Shown: positions 17,977 to 28,375, counted from the first letter of the stretch. The stretch: 64,000 bases of DNA from Deltaproteobacteria bacterium (GCA_026129095.1 JAHCIT010000006.1:1-64000), one strand, 5' to 3'. Numbers and translations: made by a program. The notes: a model not told the origin generated them from the sequence alone.

Positions 17977-20169
17977 CTATCGTGCCCGCGCCTGCGGCGC
18001 GGCCACTAACCCCAGGGCGGCTGGCGCATCCGTCAGTGCCTCAATCGCCCCGTACTCGACGAGCCGGTTCCGTCCCGTTCGTTTGGCATGGTACAGTGCC
18101 TTGTCAGCCCGGTCGATGATGTCCGCCTTCTTTTTTGCGTCCCGCGGATAAACGGCCAGTCCCAGCGAAACTGTGGCCTGGAAAGCTTCGCCGCCGGGTC
18201 CATAAAATGTTTCCTTCTGGAACTCGTTGCGTATCCGTTCGGCAACCGCCTTCGCCCCGGAGGCCGGAGTATCCGGAAGCAGCAGGACAAACTCCTCCCC
18301 GCCATAACGGGCGGCAAGATCGATCTGGCGAGCCTGATTTCGAAGCACGGCGGCCAGCCGCCGGATTGCCTCGTCTCCGCATGGATGGCCGTATGTGTCA
18401 TTCACCTTCTTGAAATGGTCTATATCAAGAAGGATTAGCGATAACGGCTGGGCCGACCTCTGGGCACGCTCCAGCTCCACCGTGATCCGTTCCTGGAAAT
18501 GACGGTGATTGCACAAGCCCGTGAGTCCGTCGGTCGTGGCGAGTTGCTCCATCCGCTTGTAAAGCCGGGCGTTCTCGAAAGCGTAGGCAGCCTGGCGGCC
18601 AAGCACTTCCACGAGGTGAACCTCATAGGGCTTCAGCCTGTCCCGGTTCCGGCAGCCAGCGACAAGGACACCGCCCACGCCATGCGGAGTCGGAAGCGGG
18701 ACACCGACCAGCACTTCGCAGGAAGGGAGTTTTTCCCTCCTGAAGGCAAGCGGCTGCGACGGATCGACGCCGCTTTTGCGGGAGTAGGCGAGCGTATGGC
18801 CGGTCTCGGCGATCCAGCCGAGACGCGACTGGGGCTCCACCTTGAGGCTTCCGAGCCCCGCCGCACCGGCCGCATGCACGATTTCGAGAATGCCGTCAGG
18901 CTCACGGCGCAGGGCCAGGATAAAAAGATCGGCAGGAATGATCTCCCTAATGGCCGCTTCCAGACGGACGGCCAATTCGCCTTCCTGTATGGTTGACCCA
19001 AGCGCGGTGCTGAACCGGTACAAACCCTCGAATTCGCGCTTCTGTTCCATCACTTTCCGAAGCGCCTGCGCCGAACCGATCACTTCCATCACCTGCGCGG
19101 CGCCCAGTTCCAGTATTTTCTGATCGTCCTCGCCAAAGGTATCGGGCTCCACCGCATCGGCGGCGATGACGCCGCAAACGGTGTCCCCGTCCAGCACCGG
19201 AACTGCGGCGAATGACCCGCAGGGCGTCTTCCCCGCGTAGTACGGGAGCGGTATGCGGGCCAGTTCCTGTGCCCCTACGCGAAGCGGTTTTCCGTACTGG
19301 AGCACCCAGCCCACAGGGCCGTCGCCCGGACGGACCTCCTTGGACGGATCGATGTCAACCACCGATACGGCCTCTCTCAGGCGCAACGTATCGCCACCTG
19401 GAGCCTTCAGGTACAGGGCAATAGTACGGCTTTTCAGAAGCCGGCCGACACGGTCACAGATGGAATAGAGGGATTCTTCGAGATCACGAGACAGCCCGCT
19501 GATATCACCGGCAAGCCGCGACTCAATACCCTCGGCCTCGGGAGCCTCGTCCAGCAACGAGCCTTTCACAAGTGCTTCCCGCCCTTGACGGAGACTCTGG
19601 ACAATGCCTTCCAGATGCTCGCGGCGGCGGCGCTCGAACCGGAGCAACGCCCCCAGCCCCGCCGTGGCGATCAGGATGAACAGCAATCTGCCGACGAACC
19701 GGTCCAGCTCGGCGGGAAAAGCTCCCGATCCAAAGCGCTCCACCGCATCCAGCCCCGCCACCGACAGGCCTGCCACGGTCGCCGCCAGCGGTGAGATCGC
19801 CATTGACATGCCAGCGAGCAGAAGCAGCAGGCCCGGTGCCAGCGGCGAGGCTGCCACGCCGCCAGTCCACCAGATGACGAGAAAATAGACCGAGGCGACG
19901 ATCGAACCCTGCAAGGCGTCAATTTTCCGGGGACCATATAGCCTGCCCGCCACGATCAGCGCGGCGGCCGCACCTACAAGCAGCGCAGGCACGCCCGGGC
20001 GGCTAGGGGCAATCCATCCCTTGGCGAGCAGAACCGCAGCAGCGGTGTAAAGCGCCACTGCTGCCAGCGGAATCGCCGGAACTCTGAGCCGTTTCAATGA
20101 AACCTGACCATCAGCAGCGCGGCCGTCGGGGAGCCCTCGACCAGAATCCGGAACAGCGCTGCCAAGCAA
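17977..20169 (-). CDS. Membrane diguanylate cyclase TM-GAF-GAF-GGDEF
   Basis: About 6 hydrophobic segments, two GAF-like domains, TDGLTGL, DIDHFK.VND.YGH, I-site RQID, RYGGEEF; start uncertain. Confidence 0.92.
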   Translation of the reverse strand: MLGSAVPDSGRGLPDGRAADGQVSLKRLRVPAIPLAAVALYTAAAVLLAKGWIAPSRPGVPALLVGAAAALIVAGRLYGPRKIDALQGSIVASVYFLVIWWTGGVAASPLAPGLLLLLAGMSMAISPLAATVAGLSVAGLDAVERFGSGAFPAELDRFVGRLLFILIATAGLGALLRFERRRREHLEGIVQSLRQGREALVKGSLLDEAPEAEGIESRLAGDISGLSRDLEESLYSICDRVGRLLKSRTIALYLKAPGGDTLRLREAVSVVDIDPSKEVRPGDGPVGWVLQYGKPLRVGAQELARIPLPYYAGKTPCGSFAAVPVLDGDTVCGVIAADAVEPDTFGEDDQKILELGAAQVMEVIGSAQALRKVMEQKREFEGLYRFSTALGSTIQEGELAVRLEAAIREIIPADLFILALRREPDGILEIVHAAGAAGLGSLKVEPQSRLGWIAETGHTLAYSRKSGVDPSQPLAFRREKLPSCEVLVGVPLPTPHGVGGVLVAGCRNRDRLKPYEVHLVEVLGRQAAYAFENARLYKRMEQLATTDGLTGLCNHRHFQERITVELERAQRSAQPLSLILLDIDHFKKVNDTYGHPCGDEAIRRLAAVLRNQARQIDLAARYGGEEFVLLLPDTPASGAKAVAERIRNEFQKETFYGPGGEAFQATVSLGLAVYPRDAKKKADIIDRADKALYHAKRTGRNRLVEYGAIEALTDAPAALGLVAAPQARAR

Positions 20170-20232
20170 CCCCTAAGGTACCCAAAATACCCGGATAAAC
20201 TCAACTAAAATCGGGAACTTAAATGACGGCGG

Positions 20233-21495
20233 TTATGGAAGTTCGCCAAGACGGGGACGTGCAGGTTCTGCCCGGAAGGTCAGCTTCCGGCGGAATACCC
20301 GTTGGGAAGAATAAATGCCGCGGTGCCCGGTCAGTATCCAGGCAAGGCCGCAAACAATCAGCACATGCGGGAACATATTGAGACCCAGCAGTTCGATACA
20401 CATCACCGACAGCGCAATCGGGGCGTTAGCCGCAGCAGCAAACACGGCGGCGAGTCCCACCCCGGCGGCCAGTTCCTGCGGAATTCCAAGCCAGCCCGAG
20501 GCCGCCGCGCCGAGTGTCGCTCCGATGAAAAAGAGCGGTGTCACCTCGCCGCCCAGGAATCCCGACGCAAGCGTGACTGCGGTGAAAAGGATCTTCAGGA
20601 GAAACACCTCCCAGCCGGGCGGCGGTGCCGAGAAGGCACTCACAATTCCCGGAATACCGAGCCCCAGATAGTCATCGGTCCCCACGAGTTGCCACAACAT
20701 GACCACCGCCACGCCGCCGGCGAACATCCTCCACGGAAGCAAGGGCAACCGCTTTTCCAGATTGGCCTTCAGCCGTTGGGTCAGTTCCACGAACAGGAGC
20801 GCCGCCCCCGCCATCAGCAGCGCAAAGAGCATCCACTTGCCCAGTTCCACCAGGCCCAAGGTCCACACCTCCGGACGCGGATAGTGGGTATGGGCGATGC
20901 CGAGCCAGTGAACCACCCGGTCACCCACCAGCGCAGCCACCAGCCCCGGCACCAGCGCGGCCCAGTGCAGACGGCCAATGGCCGCCGCCTCAATCCCGAA
21001 TATCGCGCCAGCCAGCGGAGTTCCGAACACGCTGCCGAAACCGCCGGCCATACCGGCAGCGATCAGTTCCGCCCGCACCGGTCCCCTTACCTTGAACCCG
21101 ATGGCGATCCGGTCGGCGAGACTTCCACCCATCTGTACGGCGGTACCTTCACGCCCTGCACTCCCGCCAAACAGGTGCGTCAGCACGGTTCCAACGAGTA
21201 CCATCGGCGCCATGCGGGTGGGGATTCCTGCCTCGGCCCCGTGAATGGTATCCAGAACCAGATTGCTGCCCGCCCGGACCCGCCTCCCCCACCGGTCGTA
21301 GATCCAGCCGATCCCAAGACCTGCCACCGGGAGCGTCCAGACTATCCACCGGTGGCCATTACGAAAATGGGTTGCAAGGTCCAGCAGCAACAGGAAAACC
21401 GCCGATGAGAGGCCGCAGGCAATCCCGATCAGCGTGCCGAAACCTATCCAGACCGCAACCCGGCGAGCGCCGAAACTGTCTGGACTGGTTTCCAT
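20233..21495 (-). CDS. eriC: CLC family transporter, fluoride/H+ antiporter (CLC-F) subtype
   Basis: GSNLV (GNNLI-like), GREGT and GEVTP signatures of the CLC-F clade. Confidence 0.88.
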   Translation of the reverse strand: METSPDSFGARRVAVWIGFGTLIGIACGLSSAVFLLLLDLATHFRNGHRWIVWTLPVAGLGIGWIYDRWGRRVRAGSNLVLDTIHGAEAGIPTRMAPMVLVGTVLTHLFGGSAGREGTAVQMGGSLADRIAIGFKVRGPVRAELIAAGMAGGFGSVFGTPLAGAIFGIEAAAIGRLHWAALVPGLVAALVGDRVVHWLGIAHTHYPRPEVWTLGLVELGKWMLFALLMAGAALLFVELTQRLKANLEKRLPLLPWRMFAGGVAVVMLWQLVGTDDYLGLGIPGIVSAFSAPPPGWEVFLLKILFTAVTLASGFLGGEVTPLFFIGATLGAAASGWLGIPQELAAGVGLAAVFAAAANAPIALSVMCIELLGLNMFPHVLIVCGLAWILTGHRGIYSSQRVFRRKLTFRAEPARPRLGELP

Positions 21496-21516
21496 CCGGT
21501 GTGTAATCCCTTACGG

Positions 21517-22755
21517 CTACTTCTGTATCCAGCTGTTCGGCCGCCACAGGTCATAGGTCAGGTCCGCAGCACAGAAGTTTTCAATGGCCATGACTTCGCT
21601 CAGATCAGGATCAGACGTCCGTTTCGACCGGAGCGTGTAATCGAGATCTATCGCGCCGGGCCTTTCCCTGATCTGGCGGCACAGGTGCCGGGCGATACTG
21701 AAATGGACGACAGGATCGCAGCGGATCCGCCGGGCGAGCCTTCGCCCATATTGATTGACAGGTACTGGTTTCGTCTCGCCGTTTTCGAACCGGATGACGG
21801 CCGTCGCATCACACTCTACCAGCGCGTCGAACATGTGGAGCGCGAACAGGCGCCCTTCGCCCGTCACGGCCGAATCGCCCGGAAACGCGTAGGGTATTGC
21901 CTGGAAGAAGCCGAATCCGCCCAGCAGCATTACAGCGGCCAGTCGGTACTCCTTCGGAACCAGCGGCTTCAGCGTTGGCCACTGTCCGGCCGGCGACATC
22001 AGCCGGCCAAGCGGGAAGATGCTGATGAGACAGAACATGAGCATCGGGTAGAAAAGCCCGACAATCGGCCATGAGAAAATGTGAAAGACCACAAGCTGGG
22101 CGAACGTCACCCAGAAAAGCCATGCGCGCCGGGCGTATATCCCGAACACAAGAACCATCTCCATCACAACCACGTACACGCAGCTCGCCGGGATGAGCGC
22201 GTCGGGCACCCAGAGCTTGTCTTTCTTGTAGAGTGCCGCACCGGTGAACCATTCGCGGTCGAGCTTCAGGGCTCCGGCCCAGAAATAGATCCAGACCAGC
22301 AGATGAGGTATCAGCACCCGCCGGGCCGGGAACGCCAGATACGCCAGCGTCACCCAGTTGGCCATGTAGTGCTGGTTTGCCCTGAGCCGGAAATCCTGGA
22401 ACAGGATGAACAGCCTGAGCGCCGTCACCAGCACGAGGCCCCAGTACCCCCAGCGCACCTTGCCGGTCACAAAAAATGCGCCGACGGCCACGGTCAGGGC
22501 GGCATACCCCCAGAGCAGCAGATGCAGCGTGTCCAACTGAAAAGGTCGGAACTCATGACAGTTTTCCCAGAACGGCCAGCAGAGCGCCATGGCCTTGGGG
22601 CCCAGGGTGTCTTCCAGCCCCCGGCGCACAAAGGCCCAGTGAAACCAGGTAATGGTATTGGCAGATGCCAGCGCCGCGCCGTAATAACGCAGCACCCGGT
22701 CCCCTTCGATTTCCCCTATCTGCCGGTCATGCCATGACCGGATCGCCTGAAGCAT
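21517..22755 (-). CDS. HTTM-domain / vitamin-K-dependent carboxylase-like membrane protein
   Basis: Multi-TM; NQHYM, IYFWAGALKLDREWFTG, FHIFSW..VGLF; start placed at ATG 22755 after AAAGGGGA. Confidence 0.65.
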   Translation of the reverse strand: MLQAIRSWHDRQIGEIEGDRVLRYYGAALASANTITWFHWAFVRRGLEDTLGPKAMALCWPFWENCHEFRPFQLDTLHLLLWGYAALTVAVGAFFVTGKVRWGYWGLVLVTALRLFILFQDFRLRANQHYMANWVTLAYLAFPARRVLIPHLLVWIYFWAGALKLDREWFTGAALYKKDKLWVPDALIPASCVYVVVMEMVLVFGIYARRAWLFWVTFAQLVVFHIFSWPIVGLFYPMLMFCLISIFPLGRLMSPAGQWPTLKPLVPKEYRLAAVMLLGGFGFFQAIPYAFPGDSAVTGEGRLFALHMFDALVECDATAVIRFENGETKPVPVNQYGRRLARRIRCDPVVHFSIARHLCRQIRERPGAIDLDYTLRSKRTSDPDLSEVMAIENFCAADLTYDLWRPNSWIQK

Positions 22756-22937
22756 CAAATCCCCTTTCCCGGCGTTTCGGCGGCACCGTAGCATATTCCT
22801 GCCGGAAGGCCGCCCATCGCCTTTTCGCACCCGTGGTCCGGCACCTGTACATGCGTTATATTGGTAGTTGGCCGTGATTTCCCTATGGAATTGGGACGTT
22901 GCGGAGCCCCGGCCGGTGTGCGCGGGGACAGGACGCC

Positions 22938-25142
22938 GTGCTCAGGTTCAATGACATCGTGGAGAAGGTTCAGGCCTACCATCCAAAGGCCGACATCTCC
23001 CTGCTCCAGCGGGCGTACATTTTTACGGCCAAGGTTCACAAGGGCCAGGTCCGGGCGTCCGGTGAGCCGTACCTGACCCATCCGGTTGAAGTAGCCGGCC
23101 TGCTGGCGGATCTCCATTTCGATATACCGACCATTGCCACGGGATTGCTGCACGACACCGTGGAAGACACCCTCGCCACCATTGACGAGATACGGGAAAT
23201 GTTTGGCGAGGAGGTGGCCTATCTCGTCGACGGCGTGACCAAGCTCGCCAAGGTCCAGTTCCGTAACCGCGAGGAACGCCAGGCCGAAAGCTTCCGCAAG
23301 ATGGTCATGGCGATGAGCAAGGACCTGCGGATCATCCTGGTCAAGCTGTGCGACCGGCTCCACAACATGCGGACCATCGACTTCCTCCAGCCCGAAAAGC
23401 GCATCCGGGTGGCCGAAGAAACCATCGACATCTACGCGCCGATCGCCAGCCGGCTGGGTATCCAGTGGATCAAGTCAGAGCTGGAGGACCTCTCGTTCAA
23501 GGTGATGATGCCGGAGGTCTACGCGGAGCTGAAGACCCAGGTCGAGGCCAAGCAGAAGGAACGCTCCAAAATCGTGGACCGGGTGGCCGAACAGGTTCGT
23601 GCCAAGCTGACTGAGTCCAATATCACCGCCGATGTTTACGGCCGGGCCAAGCACCTGTACTCAATCTTCCGGAAAATGCACGACAGCCGCGTGGACCTTG
23701 ACGAGATCTACGACATCATCGCCATCCGGACCATCGTGACCACCGTACGCGAATGCTACGAAACCCTGGGTATCGTCCATTCCCTGTATACACCGGTGCC
23801 TGGACGGTTGAAGGACTACATCGCGCTTCCGAAACCGAACCTTTACCAGTCGCTGCACACGACACTCATCACGCCCGGCGGGCAGCCAGTCGAGATCCAG
23901 ATCCGCACCCAGCAGATGCACCAGGTTGCCGAACACGGTGTCGCCGCGCACTGGCTCTACAAGGAAGGCGGCACCGCGCAGGCGGGCGCGGCGGCGGCAC
24001 AGTTCTCGTGGCTCCGCAACATGGTCGAGGCGGGCAAGGACATTTCCGACTCCGGTGAGTTCATGGAGTCGCTCAAGTTCGACCTGTTTCCCGACGAGGT
24101 TTACGTATTCACTCCCAAGGGTGACGTCCGCATGCTCCCCAAGGGAGCGACGCCGATCGACTTCGCGTTCTCGATCCATACGGACGTGGGGCTGCAGTGC
24201 ATCGGGGCCAAGGTGAATGGCGCCATCGTGACGCTCGAAACCCCCCTCCGCGACGGCGACATCGTGACCGTGCAGACGCGTCAGAACCACCGGCCCTCGA
24301 AGGACTGGCTCCAGGTGGTCAAGACCGCCCGGGCACGGTCAAAACTGCGCGAGTATTTCCGGACCGAGGAGCGGAGCCGTGCAATCGAGATCGGCCGTGA
24401 CATTCTGGACCGTGAACTCCAGAAGCACGGGATTCCGCTCCAGTCCATGGACAAGGCCGAATTGGCCCGGACAGCCGACAAGCTGGGGTTCAGGGATGCG
24501 GACAAGCTGCTCATCGCCATCAGCTACGACACGATCGGCGCACCCCGCGTTGTCGAGCACCTGCTACCGCCCGACAAGCGGCCGGCGCCCCGGCCAGCCG
24601 AGAACTCGTTCAAAAAGCTGTTCAATGCCTTCCGGACTGTCGGCGGGACAGCCGAAGCCAAGGCTCGCGGTGTGCGCGTGCAGGGGCACGACGATGTGCT
24701 GGTCCGGTACGCCAAGTGCTGTTCGCCGCTGCCCGGCGACAAGATCACCGGCTTCATCACCCGCGGCCGCGGGATCACCGTCCACCGGTCCGACTGCGAG
24801 GCGGTCTATGAGATGATTCCGGAACGCAAGATCGCCGTCGAATGGGCCGACGGAGCGCGGCCCACCCGTCCGGTGCGTATAGAGGTAGTCTGCGTGGACA
24901 AGCCCGGCATGCTGGCCCTTTTTACCCAGACCATTGCGAATCTCGGGGTTAACCTGAACAGGTGCGAAGTGTTCACGACGATCGAGAAGAAGGCCGTCGC
25001 CACATTCGACCTGGAAGTCCAGAATCTCCAGCAACTCCAGAACGTCACCAAGGAACTGAGAAAGATCAAGGGAGTGCTGCAGATCCACCGGGTCGACATG
25101 AACTCCCGGTCCGATTCCCCTGCGGCCCGCCCCAGCGCCTGA
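22938..25142 (+). CDS. spoT: Bifunctional (p)ppGpp synthetase/hydrolase (long RSH)
   Basis: HKGQVRASGEPY, LLHDTVED (intact HD), DRLHNMRT, YQSLHT, EIQIRT, TGS, CCSP and ACT domains; start GTG 22938. Confidence 0.96.
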   Translation: MLRFNDIVEKVQAYHPKADISLLQRAYIFTAKVHKGQVRASGEPYLTHPVEVAGLLADLHFDIPTIATGLLHDTVEDTLATIDEIREMFGEEVAYLVDGVTKLAKVQFRNREERQAESFRKMVMAMSKDLRIILVKLCDRLHNMRTIDFLQPEKRIRVAEETIDIYAPIASRLGIQWIKSELEDLSFKVMMPEVYAELKTQVEAKQKERSKIVDRVAEQVRAKLTESNITADVYGRAKHLYSIFRKMHDSRVDLDEIYDIIAIRTIVTTVRECYETLGIVHSLYTPVPGRLKDYIALPKPNLYQSLHTTLITPGGQPVEIQIRTQQMHQVAEHGVAAHWLYKEGGTAQAGAAAAQFSWLRNMVEAGKDISDSGEFMESLKFDLFPDEVYVFTPKGDVRMLPKGATPIDFAFSIHTDVGLQCIGAKVNGAIVTLETPLRDGDIVTVQTRQNHRPSKDWLQVVKTARARSKLREYFRTEERSRAIEIGRDILDRELQKHGIPLQSMDKAELARTADKLGFRDADKLLIAISYDTIGAPRVVEHLLPPDKRPAPRPAENSFKKLFNAFRTVGGTAEAKARGVRVQGHDDVLVRYAKCCSPLPGDKITGFITRGRGITVHRSDCEAVYEMIPERKIAVEWADGARPTRPVRIEVVCVDKPGMLALFTQTIANLGVNLNRCEVFTTIEKKAVATFDLEVQNLQQLQNVTKELRKIKGVLQIHRVDMNSRSDSPAARPSA

Positions 25143-25254
25143 CCGTCTTTCCCTCGCACCCGGACCGCCGATATGGCATATCTCCATCAAGCCTTTTGTG
25201 TCCTGAATCGACGTCGCGAATCCCGGATGTAAGGGAGCCCGGCGTGGAGACCCC

Positions 25255-25668
25255 ATGAGCCCCTCAACGCCGCCAGATTCGCTGCCGCTTCCGCTGATTT
25301 TGCTGCTTCTGGCAGTAGTAATGGGCGGAGCCGCCGAAACATACTGGGTCTTTCAAAGGGAAATCCGGCTGGTGGAGACTTATGCGGGTATGCCTCCCGC
25401 TGAAGCCGAAGTCGAATGGCATTTCCGGGGGCTGGACGCGCGCGAACGGAGCCGGTTCGACCAGTTCAGCATCAGCCGGAATGAGGGAGTGCGGGAGTTT
25501 CACTGGATCTATCCCGAGGAAAGCGCCACTGCCGAGCGCAATGTACCCCGTTACCTCACGGCCGCGCTCCTCTACCCACGGCCTGTATACCGCCGGACTG
25601 TCACCGACTGCCGCAAGGAGCGCCAGACTGAAACCGCGCCGGGAGTGATCAACGAATGCGCCGGCTGA
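25255..25668 (+). CDS. Hypothetical membrane-anchored protein
   Basis: N-terminal hydrophobic segment; overlaps the start of the next gene. Confidence 0.5.
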   Translation: MSPSTPPDSLPLPLILLLLAVVMGGAAETYWVFQREIRLVETYAGMPPAEAEVEWHFRGLDARERSRFDQFSISRNEGVREFHWIYPEESATAERNVPRYLTAALLYPRPVYRRTVTDCRKERQTETAPGVINECAG

Positions 25669-26783
25669 ACATGCGGCTTCTCGCCGGGACCGGCCTTGCG
25701 CTTGTTCTTGCTCTGGTGGCAATCCACACGTGGTCGGCCGCCCGGCTGCCGCTCGCCTCCTACGACGGCCGCGTGATCTGGGCGTTCAAGGCACACGTGC
25801 TGTTCGAGCGCGGAACCCATGCCGACGAACTCCACAATCCGGATTTCCTGATACCGCATGCCGACTACCCTGCCCTGCTGCCGCTGCTGGCGGTCGAGGC
25901 GGCCACCCTTCTCGGATACTGGTCTCCGTCCATCCTCGCCTGGATCTGTATCTGCGCGTTCGCGGCGACCCTGTATGTCCTCTGGTGGCATGCCCGCCAG
26001 TCGCCCGTATCGTTGCTCGTAGTGGCCGCATGGGGACTGACACCGGCCTATCACCTGATTCATGAATCCTGCATACGGAGCGGCACCGCCGATATTCTTG
26101 TCGGGTTTCTGGTCCTGGTATCGGCCGTCTGCTCCGTGAGGGCTGAAACCGGCCAGCTCCGGCTCCTCTATCTCGCCGCCGGGTCGGCAACGCTGGGGCT
26201 GGCTGCCGCCACAAAATTCGACGGGCTCATGTGGGCCATCGCCTTTATTCCAATCGGCATGACTCTCGGTGGCAGTGACCGGGAATGGCTGAGCCGGGGA
26301 ATGCAGACCACCGCCGGCTGCGGGATTTTTGCCGTGGCAGTGGCGGCCCCCTGGCTCCGCATGACCATGGAATGGAGCGCCGAGGCCACCGAACCCTATT
26401 TCTACCGCCTCGTGACGGGAGCCGGGCTGTTTGATATCGGCCGGTGGCTGACCCATGCCGGACAGATGCTGGCCGAACTGCTGCTCCGGCCCGACCGCGC
26501 CTCAATACCCATCTGGATCACGATTCTGGCGGCCGGTTTTGCATGGCGGAGGGGCCAACTCGACCGGATGAACCGGGCCATCATGGCGACTACCGGGCTG
26601 TTTCTCCTCTGCCTCCTGGGCGCATTCCAGGTATCACCTTGGCCGACGGGGGAACAGGTGCCGGTGACGCTCTACCGGCTGATGTCCCAGATCGCACCGG
26701 TAATGGCGCTGGTATCTGTCCGGGCTGTTCTCGCCATGGAACAACCGGTGCCAGCCAAAGGCAACGCGCCTGTTACCGCGTAA
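25656..26783 (+). CDS. Multi-pass membrane protein, GT-C glycosyltransferase-like
   Basis: YDGRVIWAFKA loop after TM1, HADYPALLPL, GTAD and ATKFDG patterns resemble GT-C enzymes. Confidence 0.55.
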   Translation: MRRLNMRLLAGTGLALVLALVAIHTWSAARLPLASYDGRVIWAFKAHVLFERGTHADELHNPDFLIPHADYPALLPLLAVEAATLLGYWSPSILAWICICAFAATLYVLWWHARQSPVSLLVVAAWGLTPAYHLIHESCIRSGTADILVGFLVLVSAVCSVRAETGQLRLLYLAAGSATLGLAAATKFDGLMWAIAFIPIGMTLGGSDREWLSRGMQTTAGCGIFAVAVAAPWLRMTMEWSAEATEPYFYRLVTGAGLFDIGRWLTHAGQMLAELLLRPDRASIPIWITILAAGFAWRRGQLDRMNRAIMATTGLFLLCLLGAFQVSPWPTGEQVPVTLYRLMSQIAPVMALVSVRAVLAMEQPVPAKGNAPVTA

Positions 26784-27321
26784 GCTCCGCCCCGGTCCAG
26801 AAAAAACGGACCGCTCTGCCGGTAGGCACGTCCGTGGCCTCCAGAACGGTATCCGCACTCAGGGTGTCCGCCCCCGGGAACCGGATGATCCACCTCCCAC
26901 AGTGGCGAGCATCATCGGCGGCCGGTGCCTCTGCCGGCTCAGGATCGATTCCGGCAGGCAATAACGGCCCATCCCGGTCCGTCAGCAGCCGCCACTCCAG
27001 ATCCTTTTCAGTCCGGCAGGCAATACCCGAAACATAGTGATCCACCCTGAATACCGGACCGGCAAAGCCGGACAGCGGCTCAACCTCGAACCAGAGATCC
27101 CTGTGGAGCCCACACTCGACAGCACCATCCGCATCGCAAAGCCTCGTGCTTTCGCCCCCTGCTGCCGGGGCGAACCCGCCCGTCCGGCGGATTTTTCCGC
27201 CAGGATACGGCGACCGGTCAAAGCAGGGGACATCCCGGCACAGTGACGGGTACGTCGGCACCAACGCCGCGCAGGCAGGTATCAGCAAAAGCCAGATTGC
27301 ACAAGCCCGGCAGGCGTTCAT
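26773..27321 (-). CDS. Hypothetical Cys-rich putative lipoprotein
   Basis: LLLIPAC lipobox-like; start overlaps the upstream stop. Confidence 0.5.
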   Translation of the reverse strand: MNACRACAIWLLLIPACAALVPTYPSLCRDVPCFDRSPYPGGKIRRTGGFAPAAGGESTRLCDADGAVECGLHRDLWFEVEPLSGFAGPVFRVDHYVSGIACRTEKDLEWRLLTDRDGPLLPAGIDPEPAEAPAADDARHCGRWIIRFPGADTLSADTVLEATDVPTGRAVRFFWTGAELTR

Positions 27322-27770
27322 TACTGACGCGGGGGGAGTCCCGTTCTCGCCCAGCAGAAACCGTCAACGCCACGGGGATTTGCACAGGCCATTTCCGCGG
27401 ACCGGAAGACACAGGCCCTGTGAACAAAGCCCTCCTGGCCATCACGGGTACGGACGAGGAACCAGTCCGCACTGTCCGGCTGGTTGCGAATGACGAGGAG
27501 CGGCGCGCCCCGGTCGATCACGGTACCCGCTGGACCGGTCTCGGCAGCTGTCTTGAGGCCAGCAAAACGTCCATCTGGGCCGCATTCGGGAATGACGCCC
27601 TGCGGTCCTCCGGCATAGAAGACATCGTTACCGACATAGGAGGCGGCTACCCGGCGCAGATAGATATTCCGGTATCCGAACCAGGCCACAAGCAGCGAGG
27701 CGAGCACGATCGGGACAAAAATCCACCGCGCCACACCGCTATTCGGATTGGACTTTGTGCTGTCGCTCAT
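27321..27770 (-). CDS. Hypothetical membrane-anchored protein with SH3-like C-terminal segment
   Basis: Single TM; DWFLVRTRDGQEGFVH is SH3b-like. Confidence 0.55.
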   Translation of the reverse strand: MSDSTKSNPNSGVARWIFVPIVLASLLVAWFGYRNIYLRRVAASYVGNDVFYAGGPQGVIPECGPDGRFAGLKTAAETGPAGTVIDRGAPLLVIRNQPDSADWFLVRTRDGQEGFVHRACVFRSAEMACANPRGVDGFCWARTGLPPRQ

Positions 27771-28375
27771 CGTGCTTTCGCCACATACAGGCGGGCCTTT
27801 TCCAGTCCCAGTCTCAGATTGGAATCCAGAGGAAGTTCAAATGCCTCGTCCCACGAGAACCACCGCACGCGCGGGGCTTCCCCGTCAGGAGCGGAAACCG
27901 GAACTCTCATGTCGCCCATGACCAGATAACGCAGGTCGTGATGTGCGTGAGCCGGCTCGCTACCGCGTGCCGGAATGTCGTGCACATCCAGATCGAACGG
28001 CCGGGGCGCATCCGCTGCCAGTTCGAGTCCGGCCAGGCCTGTCTCTTCGGCAGCCTCACGAAGCGCACCTTCAGCCGGACCGGCATCGCCCGGTTCCAGA
28101 TGCCCGCCCGGCTGAACCCATATCCCCAGTTTCACATGATGAAGGAGAACCGTCCCGCGTCCGCTGCGATCAACGAGAAACGCGCTCGCCGTGATATGGC
28201 CAGGAGCATATGTATCTCTTGAGAATGGCTGGTCCACGCCTGCCAGAAGATCAAGGATACGTTCCAGGGAACGTTCCTCGGCCGGATGGGCCGGCCGATA
28301 ACCCGCCAGCAGTTCCAGGAGCCCGGACACATACGGCCTCCCGGCCATCTCTCTGGCTGCCTTGACGCCGTTCAT
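27767..28375 (-). CDS. NUDIX hydrolase
   Basis: GGHLEPGD....GALREAAEETGL Nudix box; GHITASA. Confidence 0.92.
   Translation of the reverse strand: MNGVKAAREMAGRPYVSGLLELLAGYRPAHPAEERSLERILDLLAGVDQPFSRDTYAPGHITASAFLVDRSGRGTVLLHHVKLGIWVQPGGHLEPGDAGPAEGALREAAEETGLAGLELAADAPRPFDLDVHDIPARGSEPAHAHHDLRYLVMGDMRVPVSAPDGEAPRVRWFSWDEAFELPLDSNLRLGLEKARLYVAKAR

Noticed and set aside
22760-22830. Minus-strand AAGGCGATGGGCGGCCTT resembles the start of a fluoride riboswitch upstream of the HTTM/CLC-F genes
   Set aside because: The downstream (C/U)UAAUGAC..CUAC-type pseudoknot partner is not visible and the stretch overlaps likely promoter DNA; an Infernal search would settle it
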